Positions 22,801 to 34,378 of a stretch of DNA of 64,000 nt are shown piece after piece. How positions within the stretch are numbered: position 1 is the first letter of the stretch; each line of letters starts with the position of its first letter. This DNA is from Phoronis australis (lineage: Eukaryota; Animalia; Phoronida): positions 610,722 through 674,721 of the forward strand of contig NMRA01000052.1 in assembly GCA_002633005.1 (NCBI GenBank), in the 5' to 3' direction. A program made the translations under genes and the position numbers. Under the pieces are notes generated by a model. That model was given only the letters and a program-made list of their open reading frames with translations, searched no databases and was not told the origin of the DNA.

Positions 22801-25800
22801 ACTGGAAAATTAAGATACCCACCCACTTAGTCAATAGTCACTTACAAGGGTCCTGGATTTTGAGAACCTGTTTGATGCCTGTTATTCAGTGAAGAAAACT
22901 GGTTCGCTAAATGCGAGACCCATTTAAGTGACTACCGAAAAAGTGCATTAATGAAGTATTCAAAACTACCATATAACAGAGAAACAACTTTATGTTAAAG
23001 AGTGGACTGGAAAAAAGACCCATTCGTAGTGAGCATAGAAAAAATCACTTTTTAATAGGGACTTATTGAGAAAGGCCACCTTTTTGTAGGGGTTAATTCT
23101 ATATAACTAGTTTTTTCGTAAGAATTCTTGGACGATTATATTTTTAACTCACAAGGCCAAAGCAGTACAAGAAAAGATGCCATGTATAGTTTCGAATTCC
23201 CAAATTGAACCCTATTGTGCGAAATAAATTGTAAATTTGTGGGAAAAGGCATCCCTGCGTTATGAAACTAGTTGGGAAAAAGTCTCCCATGTGAGCGGCG
23301 CGCCCCCTTTATGTGGGATTCCCTGCGTCACGCTCGTAAATGGTACAGTGTCATCCATAAATGCATGGTTATAGGACTCATTTTATAGTGGCTAACTTTT
23401 ATTGCTTTTTTCATAAGTGTAATCATTTTCCATGTAAGTATTGTAACAGTCAACTACATTTTTTGTTTCTTTTCATTTAGACCTTCTTCACACTAACAGC
23501 AGTAGTCCTCAGTCGTACAGTAGCTCCCCCAATGGGCAAGCGGAGAAGAATGTTCAGGAGTCTTTTATGTCTAGTACCAGAAGTAGTACAGTCAAAGTGG
23601 AGGTAAACTGCTTGTGGCTTCAGTGGTCAGTAGTTGTGCACTCTCTTGTGCATTGAAAGTGTCTCCCACAGCAAAACAACTCCTTAACATATTGCGGAAA
23701 TCATCGCTGAGTTATTTACCACGATTTGAAGGAACTGAACATGCGATTGGTGCTTTTACCTGTAATGAGTCTGACGATGCGCTAATGGTTTGGATGTTAA
23801 CGTGGTAACGAAGGCAGTTATGGTCGCTGACATGTGTCTTTATGGACTCACATATGCAATATTTTTCTATCATTTCATCCTTATTATGAGCTCCTCTTTG
23901 ATTAATGACATTTTCTAATAATTGAACTAAAAACTGAGGCCAGAGTTCATTGAAAATAAATAGGGACTGAGTCCTTAAATTGGGGGTGTTGCATGAAAAG
24001 ATCCCTAAATATTTTCGATAATATTGACAATTCAACGTAGAATTCACTCTTGAGTTGTATCAAAGTAAAAAATTGACTTAGTAATATCACTTCACTCTAT
24101 GGATGTTACCTGAGCTGTATGTTGGAACTTGTTGTCCTAAATTGTTGTAAATATGATCCTGATGATGTCTAATGAAAAGACGAAACGTTGAATTGAACAT
24201 GAACTTTTTTATTTGTGCGGCGATCGTCTGGTTTTTGATCTTATTGTGGCCAAAAACTGATTTAATTGACTTAGTAATGAAGCTAAAACAATTCAAGAAA
24301 GGGCAATCAATGTTTTCACAAGTCCAAAAATACGCAGTAGATTTAGGGAACTTAGTTGAGTCCCTATTTGGGACTGTTTCATGCAACCGGGCACTGATGC
24401 CTTTTGCGGTAATCAGGCGTGTTTAGGCCACAAGGCCGGGCCCATTACACTATGGTAGCTTCAAAGTTAAAACTACACAAATAATATGGTAAAAATTTCA
24501 TGATTTTCACTTTGTTGAGAAGTTTATCAAAATATAATTACATGTCTTCATCGTAGTGTGTGTTAAATCAACGAGAGATAACCATTTACTTTATTATTTG
24601 TGTGTGCGTACCCGCTTCTTTGTTCCATTTGGATCAGCTTGTGTATACGGTGAAACTTTTGATGTAGATCGCCGACTTTGGTGACGGAGACAGTATCAAC
24701 ATGACCACGTTCCTGTTGCGCAAGTGCAAGTCCCAGATTATGAGACCATACACCAGACTGCTGCTTATAGTGAGTGATGTTGTAATAAATGAACTAGAAA
24801 TGACAAGTGGTGTGTGTGCGATTGATTGGACACGTGTTGAAGTTGTCGGTTCCAAGTTTGGCAAATGAGACGGTTAAATTTCAAAGTAAACCAAATTTTT
24901 TGTATATGATACATTTAAACAAATCATAGACTTTGAAAAAATAACACTACTATTGGAAAAATTTAATCAGTGTTCCCAGATAAGCCGTGGTCGTAAGACC
25001 GACTACTTTCTTGAATGTCAGTTAAAAGAAGACGTCTTTATTGAAAAAATTATAAACTATGAAACTCATAAAATCCTGTCTATGTTCAATTCCAAATAAT
25101 TCAAAAGCCAAATTGTAACAAATGTTGAAAAACAGGAATTCAGCAACTTTAAGTGAGTGGTGAAGGGTCAGGTTAGTTAATTTCGACCATGTTGTAAGAA
25201 ATAATTGTAGTTTCTCTGTTGGAACTTCGAAAGTCATGCCAATATTTATTAGCTACTGTTATTTAAGTTTGAAAGTCCAGTTTCGTATTTTCGCTTAGTA
25301 AATTGAAATGTACAAAGATTAGTAATGTAGACCTTCACTTCATGTAGATATGGATTAGAATAATGGCACATTTACAAATTATTATGGCCCAAGATCTAAT
25401 CTCCAAACTCAGACTCTACTCAAACTCTTATCTAACCAATCATGTGGCGCGATTCCTGTACAAATGAGTAAATTTACTCGAAGCATACCCAGCCATTGGT
25501 CAATCTTTGAGTTGGTTTTGAGAACAGAGATTAGACCCCAGGAACAAGTTATGTCCTCTTGTAATGCTTCATAGATAAAACCCATTAGACAACTGAAATA
25601 GTGTCTCACTTATAACGAATCAAATTTGCCTTCAGATCAGCTGGCGAGCGTTTGGCCGTGACTCCATCAACCCTAACCAATGTTGGTGGCGTCTGCTCAA
25701 TGTATTCTACCCTACTCTCATCATCGCTCTGCTATTATATACGTACATCTACGAGATCGTTGCCTGTCAGTGGAAGCTGGACGTCATCGAGGATACTAGG

Positions 25801-28800
25801 GTAGCATTGCCAAATTCATTATCTACACTGTACAAACCATATTTGTAACATACTAAAACTGTCTTAATCTTTATATTTGTGGAGATATTTGACACAGTCA
25901 ATAGAATTTCACTTGTCGGCCATATTGTGCATTAAATAAGTTAAGATTTACCATTAGTTTTTCGCGTGGTATAATCAAAGTTTCACCGTCTGCTCATGTT
26001 GCTATGAACTTGCCACGCCAAGCTATAGCTTGTTATTGTCTGGAATAGTGTATGATTATGTTTTGATTTTAAAACTTTATAAAACTGATGCGAAAGCATT
26101 TATCTTTACCAAAATCATGAGTCAACCTTGTTAAATGACTTTTCTAATGACTACAACTTCCAACAGGTTAAAACTCAGATCTTTGCCATCCTTTGGAAGC
26201 AACAGGAAAACTGGTATTATAACATGAGCCCAGTAATGTACAAACCGTTTGTTTTTTCTGTATTACCTTGTAATGTACTGGTGAATTTTTGATTCTGAAT
26301 CAATATTTAATACTTTCCTGTTTTTCTTCCGGGTCAGTTCACAATAAGTATACTCTATGTTACTACTTGTACTTTCCAGCCTTATGAAAACCCATCCACT
26401 GTGTTGCCTGCCAATGTCACAGCGAAGATTACTGACAGCACGTCAGTCAACATGACATCCTTAAGGCCCGCCCCTTTGGTCTGTCAACACATCTTTACTA
26501 CCTATGTCGTGCCTAACGTACTCCATTTTGCTGCTTTCATCATGGGATTTTTCTACTTTCGCATCCACGACAATGAGCAGCTGTATGCGCTAATGGAAAA
26601 GGTATGCGTTTGGCTGAACATGTTATATTTTATGCTTGAAAGTGACTGGTTGATAAGGGGAATGTAGTCTATGAACTGAATAGCACCTGTAGACTCAAAT
26701 ATCAAAAGTAGTCTTAAAAAAAATTGTTTATTGGAAATACCTATGTCACTTTCAAAAAGATGTAGGATGGCTATACGTTTGTATTGGTTTCATTAGAATG
26801 ATTTGTTTGTATCAGTTCATTCTTAATCAGAAACTCTTGTTGTCTAATGTCTTACGTGGCATATCCATATTTTTATAGAAAATGTACTAGATGAGATACC
26901 GAAAGCAATTGTGAAATAGTATCTGATCTTACACTAATTATCCACTTATTTAGCCCACTCACCTCATTTTGCACACCAAAAATTATTTTGAAAAATAATA
27001 TTTTGTCTCATACTTATTTCGCATGGGCTACTTGGGAATTTTTGCCTCACCTAATGCACAAACTGTCTGCACACATGCAGTCTACACATCTATGCGAGGG
27101 CACACGCACACAAACGTACAGTTGGCGATGCTTGGTTACTCATTTAATTTCACACACCCCGTCAACTATGAAGTAATGTTTACTCATTTAGCTTGGCACA
27201 CAACTATTATCAGGAAAATATTGATTAATTTTTGTACAACATAAGTGGAGAATTACTGTAATAACAGGATAAGATACAGGGTAATAGTTGGATATAAGGG
27301 CCCGCATTTTGAGAACCAGTTGTCTCCACTGAATAACTAGCATCCAAACTGGTTCTCAAAATGTGTTAACATCATATCTGACTATTGCTAGCTACAGTGT
27401 AATTAGAGACTGATTGTCTTGTTGCAGGTTTTCTTACAAGTTACATCTCTTCAAGGGAAGGCAAAGTCACAGACAAAACTAATAACAAAGCTAAGGTAAA
27501 ATACTGCTCAGACACAGAAAGGAGATATTTCATTGTTTAGTATGATGTCATTTTGATGTTTTAGACCCATTCAAATAAAACCATAATGCCACAATTAAAA
27601 ATGATAATAGTAATTAGGCCAGATTTACGTAACTCTATAAATTAGTTAATACTTTCAAAATTATTACCTGGCAATGGACCTCATCCATCGTAATCCTTCT
27701 CAACTCCTCAGGAGTGTACGATGGGTGCAACAGTTTTTCAAGCACACTGATTAATCCGAATATATAATTTTGATAAAATATCAAGTGCTAAATTGCCTCC
27801 GTGGTTACCAGAACCCGAAAAAATCCAAGGCCTGCAAAATTGCAGAAAATGTGATGCGGTTGTGCATTTCTATTCCTACTTTTAGGTCCAAATTACTGAA
27901 CATCTGCATAACAATCGAGCGCGTTACAGATGTCGACTCATCAGTCTATGCTCAGCCATATTTTGTGATACCCACCCGTTGAAAGGTTGGGCTCAAAAAT
28001 GGAACCCATTTGTGGACAGTTTCTTTGAAAAAGTTGCCCTTTGGTAAAGTTTGTGTCCCAGAAATAATACCTTTTGTAGAGGTTAATTCCGTAAACGGAA
28101 CTTTTTCAGGGGGATTCTTGGAAGTTGTATTCTTTGATCGCTTTGTTATGAAGTTAGCAACCGTGCACCACCATTAGCACCCTGTTGGCAACTTGTCGTA
28201 TTGTTTCATTTCAGGTTATTTCTCGCACTTGGTGGCATATGGGTGCTGTTAACAATAGGACTACAGATAATGTTTGTGTTGGTATTCGGGATAGACAGGA
28301 GGAATGCTCTGGCTGACCTCGATACCAGGTAAGCAGATGGATTTAGCTATTAAAAATATTCTGATGGCTAATGGTGTCCTCTATAATGACGCTGTAAATT
28401 TTGCATTCAGCAACTAGACAATTATAATTTTTGATTTCGGTAAAATCTAACCTATGTCCAACAATTAAATTGCTAAAACTGACTGATTTTTCAAAAGCTT
28501 CTGACTTTGTTGTGCATGCTTGTAATATCTCAAAACATTGTCTATTGTTAGCCATGATGTGAAAATTTACTAAGCATTAATTTAGTGTTGGTTATGTAAA
28601 AAAAATAATATTTCACTCTTCAATCATAGTATGTCCTAAATTTTAGAGATTTCACCTAAGGGATGGTTTTCTAAAGCTTAAAACTACCAAGCTAACTCGA
28701 TAAATCCTTTCTACGTTTGAAATGTATTTATGTATGTTTTTGTAGGTGGAATCACGATTACACATTTGAGATATAATCTCTTATGCAAAGTCCATATGCT

Positions 28801-31079
28801 CATATCACTGTATAAGAGTAGGCTATACAGTCTATTATGACTTATTCTAGCAATGTTTTTAATGCACAAAACATCCGGATTATGTAGCGGTAACTCCACC
28901 TTTTGTTGGAACAGGGAACATGTTCCTTCAATCTACTTCCAGCCACATAGCTTTTGCCCATAAATGTGGTGACCTTAACAACTTAACCAGTTCCATCCTA
29001 AACGATTGTATAATATTGTTAGTTGTTTGGAAGCTCTAAAACAGTTCAAGCCTTGGTAAGCTAAAAGTTGGAACGAGCTTTATAGCAGTAAGTGTTTTAA
29101 GTTAAAATTAGCGTTTGTGACATCAAAAATTGCTAAAATTGTTGAGGTTTGTTTTATGTCTTTAAGGAGTTAATCTGACTGAATGTGTGCTTTGATTGTT
29201 AAACTTCCGTGTCTTCTTTTCCAGCTTGACCTGGCTATGGGGTTTGTTTGGAGTGCAGGTAATCGGAATCGCTGTTCTAAACTCGGTCAACTTGGCCGTG
29301 GTTTTAAACTACTGTGCGCAGTGTGAGCTCCTCATGTACTATGTTAATGGAATCTTCATTCAGCTGCAGGAGAAATCAGTCAACTTAAAGACAGCCATGA
29401 AGGTATAGCGATATCACTCCGCTTTTTCAATGTCCTTTACTGCTACTGAGGAGGGATTCTTGTCCTTTCCAGTTTATTTCTTAATACAAGGCCAGGACTT
29501 TATATTCAAAAGGTGTCTTATGTTTAGGATCGTTTGCATTCTCATTGTGAACATAAGGATTTGAATACAAAATTCAATACACGTGTTGTGTTGTTACTTA
29601 GCGATTTTTTGTCAAGTCCGTTTCTTTGTTTCATCATGTTTTATTTCTTTGTGCGCGTGTTACAGGTCACATTTCTTGTGCGTGATCATCATGAAACTTA
29701 CACACAACAACACACAACATGTACCTCATCAATACCTTGAGGCCTTTAGTTTTTGGTTAACGTATTATGCTAGGTGACACTGCAGCAGCCTTTTTACGAT
29801 TTTTTTGCCCTAGAGGTATTTTTCAGAAATGTGGTACATGGTTAGATCTCGTCGAGCGCTATCTGGAATATGCCATCTATAGTTCATTACAATTTTCTGT
29901 TCCCGAGTTATTTGAAATTTTCAAATGCTAGCTCTTTGTTGATTTTTTGTCCCTTGTCTCTGTCATCCCTTGGCGAATCTTTCTGAAATTTGGTATGTGG
30001 ATAGATTTCATCAAGTGCTGGATTGTGTCGTCCATTTTTGACTCTGGCTTACCGTTCTCGAGTTAATCAACAAATAACGATCTGGTGACCGTTCTTTTAT
30101 CGACTGATTCCTCACTGCACTTTTGTTGGTATATCATACGCATGATACAGGTTGTGTTCTTCATCTGATCGATGTGAAATTTACACAAGAAGGCAACTTG
30201 TGAGAAGCTCAAGGCCATTTGTTTTTGTGTAAAATCAAATACAAGATGGCACTGTTGCAGCCATTTTTGAGTAACTGTTTGTTCTATGTTTTTTGAGGGA
30301 ATCTTGAAGTTAAGTATGTGGAGAGATCTACTAAGGGTCCGTCCTAAGTGCATCACTCAGTTTCTCGCTATGACTTACTGTTCTTGAGTTCTTGGAGATT
30401 TTCTGATTTGGTGATGGCCGATTCCTCAATGAACTTTTGTTTGTTTATCATTTACTCATGCTGCAAGGCAGCATCATTCATCATCGTTATCATCATTGTC
30501 GTCATCATCGTTTTCACAAGGTGTGTTTCATGGTATCATTTTTGTCTCCGTCATTCATCATCGTTGTCATCATCATCGTCATTGTCATCATCATCATCTT
30601 TCATCATCTTCTTCATCATCACCACCACCACTGGACCTTTTTGGTCAAATTGTTTTCAATAGTAAATCTAGATTCACAGACTTCTTAGTATTAACCTATC
30701 GAAAGTGGCTGCCAATAGATGGCAGTGATGCTTATTAACAATTTGATTTATGTCATGATTTGGCGTTTAATTGTTCTCTGTGTTAGCTATGCATTATTAA
30801 TTCTATTTTGGAAAGTAATTCCTTACATTAAATTTCAGAATATCTGCCAGTGCGATCCGTGATAGTTGAACAAAAATAATGGAATTACCTGTCATGAATT
30901 CTCTGTCGTGACCACGAAACGTAATTTTGTCCCCGTATTTTTGGCATGTAGTTTATCACGAATTTGCTATATTTTACAGGATCTGTTGTCAGTTCGTCAC
31001 TCTATCGGTCTCTTGAATGGGTCCATGTCTCAGATGACGTCACTGGCTGTAGTCAGATTCACCGAGCTAACAGTCATTG
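19677..31079 (+). CDS. Multi-pass membrane protein, probable gustatory-receptor-like (GRL/7TMIC) family; partial (3' exons not found in window); exons 19677-19818, 23481-23602, 24668-24769, 25636-25800, 26380-26601, 27428-27495, 28215-28328, 29225-29402, 30980-31079
   Basis: Nine GT-AG exons with consistent phases form one 1213-nt frame (404 aa). Features: disordered N-terminus without signal peptide; amphipathic RPYTRLLLIISWRAF; TM1 NVFYPTLIIALLLYTYIYEIVAC; loop with NVT and NMT sequons and a Cys pair; TM2 IFTTYVVPNVLHFAAFIMGFFYF; NEQLYALMEKVFL; TM3; TM4; long helical loop ending R..I..LN; start of TM5. The gene model is strong; the family call is inference. Confidence 0.85.
22835..22934. 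mobile_element. Hairpin MITE family, most complete copy (100 bp, TA-flanked)
   Basis: Outer TIR tagtcactta ... taagtgacta; inner ttttgagaacc ... aaaactggttc; same loop as the copy at 3863. Confidence 0.75.
23481..23602 (+). CDS. GRL-like gene exon 2 (Ser-rich N-terminal tail)
   Basis: tttcatttag| ... GAG|gtaaac; open in phase 1/0. Confidence 0.8.
24668..24769 (+). CDS. GRL-like gene exon 3 (IADFGDGDSINMTTFLLRKCKSQIMRPYTRLLLI)
   Basis: gatgtag| ... |gtgagt, 102 nt, coding-like GC content. Confidence 0.82.
25636..25800 (+). CDS. GRL-like gene exon 4 (TM1)
   Basis: ttcag|ISWRAFGRDS...LLNVFYPTLIIALLLYTYIYEIVACQW...DTR|gtagca (weak donor), 165 nt. Confidence 0.85.
25862..25950. repeat. Interspersed repeat fragment, second copy at ~52257-52345
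   Basis: cttaatcttta..tttgtggaga.att and tagaattt.acttgtcggccat...taaataagt.aaga occur at both sites in the same orientation. Confidence 0.65.
26380..26601 (+). CDS. GRL-like gene exon 5 (extracellular loop and TM2)
   Basis: ttccag| ... AAG|gtatgc, 222 nt. Confidence 0.9.
27305..27363. mobile_element. Hairpin MITE family copy (opposite orientation)
   Basis: cattttgagaaccagtt ... aactggttctcaaaatg; the loop is the reverse complement of that at 3863. Confidence 0.75.
27428..27495 (+). CDS. GRL-like gene exon 6 (VFLQVTSLQGKAKSQTKLITKL)
   Basis: ttgcag| ... AG|gtaaat, phase 0/2; basic loop consistent with a cytoplasmic location. Confidence 0.85.
28215..28328 (+). CDS. GRL-like gene exon 7 (TM3)
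   Basis: tttcag|...LFLALGGIWVLLTIGLQIMFVLVFGI...|gtaagc, phase 2/2. Confidence 0.9.
29225..29402 (+). CDS. GRL-like gene exon 8 (TM4 and start of long loop)
   Basis: ttttccag| ... AAG|gtatag, phase 2/0. Confidence 0.9.
30471..30630. repeat. Degenerate (TCA/TCG)n trinucleotide microsatellite
   Basis: Runs of tcatcatcg, tcatcatca and accacc in an intron; explains the His-, Ser- and Ile-rich spurious ORFs. Confidence 0.9.
30980..31079 (+). CDS. GRL-like gene exon 9 (DLLSVRHSIGLLNGSMSQMTSLAVVRFTELTVI), last exon found
   Basis: ttttacag| ... G|gtaagt, a consensus donor with no stop reached, so further exons are required. Confidence 0.88.
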
Positions 31080-31647
31080 GTAAGTCATATGGTACAACTT
31101 TAGTTCAAAAGGTGGCGCTGGTAGTTGCTTGGTACAGGGTTTTTTAACCAAATGTCAAAAATGTTTTATGTCTTTGTTTATTTGTTTGTCTCTTTGTTTT
31201 ATGTATCGTTTGTCAGCAGCATATGGACTACTCCCCAAAAATGTGTTTTTATACCATATAAGAGGACTAATTTTGTGGAAGGCGTTGGAGGTTGTTCTAG
31301 CATGGAATCCAACTTGCTTTTGCCCACACAAGTTGCCATGAATTTTATAAATATACATGTCTTTCTGTTTACCTTAACAAATTCTATAGATTGAAGGTGG
31401 TCAGTTACTGTTACCATTGGTGTCTACATTTAGACTTTCTGGATAATGTATTTTGCATTGAACTTCTGCGTCCTGTTTGGCGTAATCTTCGTATACAAAC
31501 TATTTTTGCATGCAAATAAGAAAGGAATCCTTTCGCTGGTTGAACAACGCAGAAAAGTGATAGGTACACGAGACTCGCAAACTGAATGAAGTCGACTCCA
31601 GTAGTTTTCACAATATTTAAAAAATATTTTAATAGTGACATTGGCAT

Positions 31648-31739
31648 TAGTCTCTTAAAGGGGTCCCGAATTCAATTTAAGACCCATAATGCAGTGGAGG
31701 AAACAGTTTCTCAAAATCCAGGACTCTTGTAGTTGACTG
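31648..31739. mobile_element. Hairpin MITE family, diverged copy
   Basis: tagtctcttaaaggggtcc ... cagtggaggaaacagtttctcaaaatccaggactcttgtagttgact. Confidence 0.6.
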
Positions 31740-34378
31740 TTACCATGGAGTTAATGTTATGTAGGATCCTATATTAATGTCCAAATTTGGCAAACTTTGG
31801 AACATCATGTCAGAATCGGCTGATTGTATTCATATGAAACTTCCAGACACTGTTTTATGCTCTGTTCTGTTTGCCTAAGATGTGTATCAGTGAAGTGTCC
31901 TTCATAGACTGTATACCATGTTAATGCATTCATAGTTTTGTTCCACCTCTCTGAGTTGTTGCTCTGAATAAAGCTTTCAATGTTTGTTGTGAATACGTTT
32001 ACAGGTGAAATTAAACAGAATGTTAAAATCTCACCAATTACGGACAAAAATAATTGCAAAAATTGATCTTTTTTCGTTTATCAAAAGCTTCAAGCAGTGT
32101 TACGAGTACCCACAATTCCTCATAAACGTCGTCAGGTGGTAGATATGGTATAGATCTTTAAATATTGTGAATAATTTATTCGGAGTCTTCATTTTTACGA
32201 AAAAATGAAAAAAAATAATTTGTCACACATAGCTGTGTCCTAAATTGACGAGATTTTTCATAATTCTGTTTTGTGCACTTAACAAAACCATGTGGAACAT
32301 CTGTTATTACTGGGCCACAGATTTACAACGTTAGCATTGAAGTCACAGGCTTTACTGGTTGATGGTGTGGTTCAACAATTGTGGTGCGATGAGTGATGTC
32401 ATTATTATCTTCAAGCTCATAACCACCAAACTTTATTCAAAGTATGACTTGAAAATTGGCCAATCATATTGAGTGACATTTAAAATTTGCTTGAAACGTG
32501 CCACGTGATTGGTCACTTTCCTTTTGAGAACAGAACACATTTTTGATTTTGATTGTGACTTGTATTAGTTTAGTCTATCTATGTACAAACATGATGAACA
32601 TTATAAATACAATGACAACAACATTAAAACACAAAACTATCAGTGATTGTGTTTTTGGCACATTAGTTCAAACAATCTTTGGAAGCATGCACTCTTCATA
32701 TACACGCAGCAAGTCGTCTGCTCGCCACAACTAAACCATTATTTCGCACTCTACTACCACAAGACCAAATTATTTACATCATGTCATGGTTGTTCGCTTT
32801 TGCTAATCAGACACTAGGTGTCTCTACTTTAGCAGTAAGTTCTGACTACAGACACGCAATTGCACTATTTACAGAGTTGGCGGTATTACACATATTTTAA
32901 ACTTTGTGCACTTTTCGTATAAAAATAAAAATTTACTATTTCTAATAATTTATATAACATTGTGACGGGCAGTTTCTTAAACTTACTCTACAATACATGA
33001 TGTGTAAGCTTCAGCGAATACAAGGATAGGGTAGTTTTACATGTAATGGAAAATTAATGTCTTTGTTATTAGAAATCCATGCCTGTACTGCTGGATAAAG
33101 GCAAAAATAAATATAAAGGGTTTAAAATCAGTATTTTTCACAAAAAGTAGTGTTTCATACCTACAGTCTTAATAGTCGCTTTTTACCCATGATAGTCCTT
33201 GAATGAAATTTGCCAGTCTATATAAATTTTGACATTTAGAGAACAAGCACTTTCACATACATACAAATTAGTTGTAAGTTCTTGATTTCTGTGTACCGTG
33301 AACTATTGGATCAAACAAATGCGATACATACTCAACAGTACAGCAATGCGAACTCTTAATGAAAGCATGCCTCAATACTCTCTCCATCTATAGTCAAGTT
33401 TTGTCGCAACTGTTCTAAACAGTTTGTGACCACATAAATGAATTAGACTAGTTGAACACTCACAAGCAGAGCCAAATCTAGAAAACATTTTATGTTCAAT
33501 TCATGGCTAGTGACAATTGTGCCAACATGGAGCCCATTCTAATGAAACAAGGTACTTACTAGTGAAAGCTAGTGAAATCACGTGTTTTACTTGTGACGCA
33601 TGGTCATATCTCATGTAGGTTTGTGTTATCTCGTCAAACTTTCCAGAAATTTGCCTTTCGGAAAGCAACCCATGACTTCAATTTTTGACTATGACTGGAA
33701 AAGTCAGCTAACTAATCCAGCATTAAGTAAGACATGTCTCTTGCGACTTTGCCTTTGTGAGATATTGCCGTGTGTCATATCTGATCTAGTTAATACCCGA
33801 GGCATTTAATTGGTGAAACTAAAAATCAAGGGTTGGGCATGGGTGTTTACCAATTGACCAATTTGTGTTAATGAAGATCACAGACTTTTGTTTTTAATCT
33901 TTCATACTCGACTTAATGTTTACACCCTGATTGTTTAGTTTATCCATTAAAAGAGGCTGTAAACCTGTCTCGTGTCAAAAAACTTCTAATTTAGACCACA
34001 TACTATTACAAAAGTGCATTCAACATATTCCTTACTCACAGTAGAGTAAATTTCTGAGCTCGGGATGAACTGACAACTAATTATTTTTTGTGAGACCAGA
34101 CTCGCTAAGTTCACTTGGTGGGTCAACTGTCAAATCTTCGCATGCCCAGAAATTCTTTTGAGTTAGGAGCAACATGGGACCAGTTCTTATAGTTGCAAGG
34201 GATGTAAAACAAAAGTTGGTTCCTTTGACAGAAGACACAGGATAATAGCAGCTTTAAATGCCATGAGAGTTCTGGTAAAAGGAAAAATTCAGACTGGGAT
34301 GTATCTAGGTATTAAACATAGAGCACGTGATTGTACCAGATTTCACTGGACAGTGATTTGAACTGAAATCTCTCTTAA

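Noticed and set aside
30348-30738. His-rich, Ser-rich and Ile-rich ORFs in three frames
   Set aside because: Translations of a degenerate (TCA)n microsatellite inside an intron.
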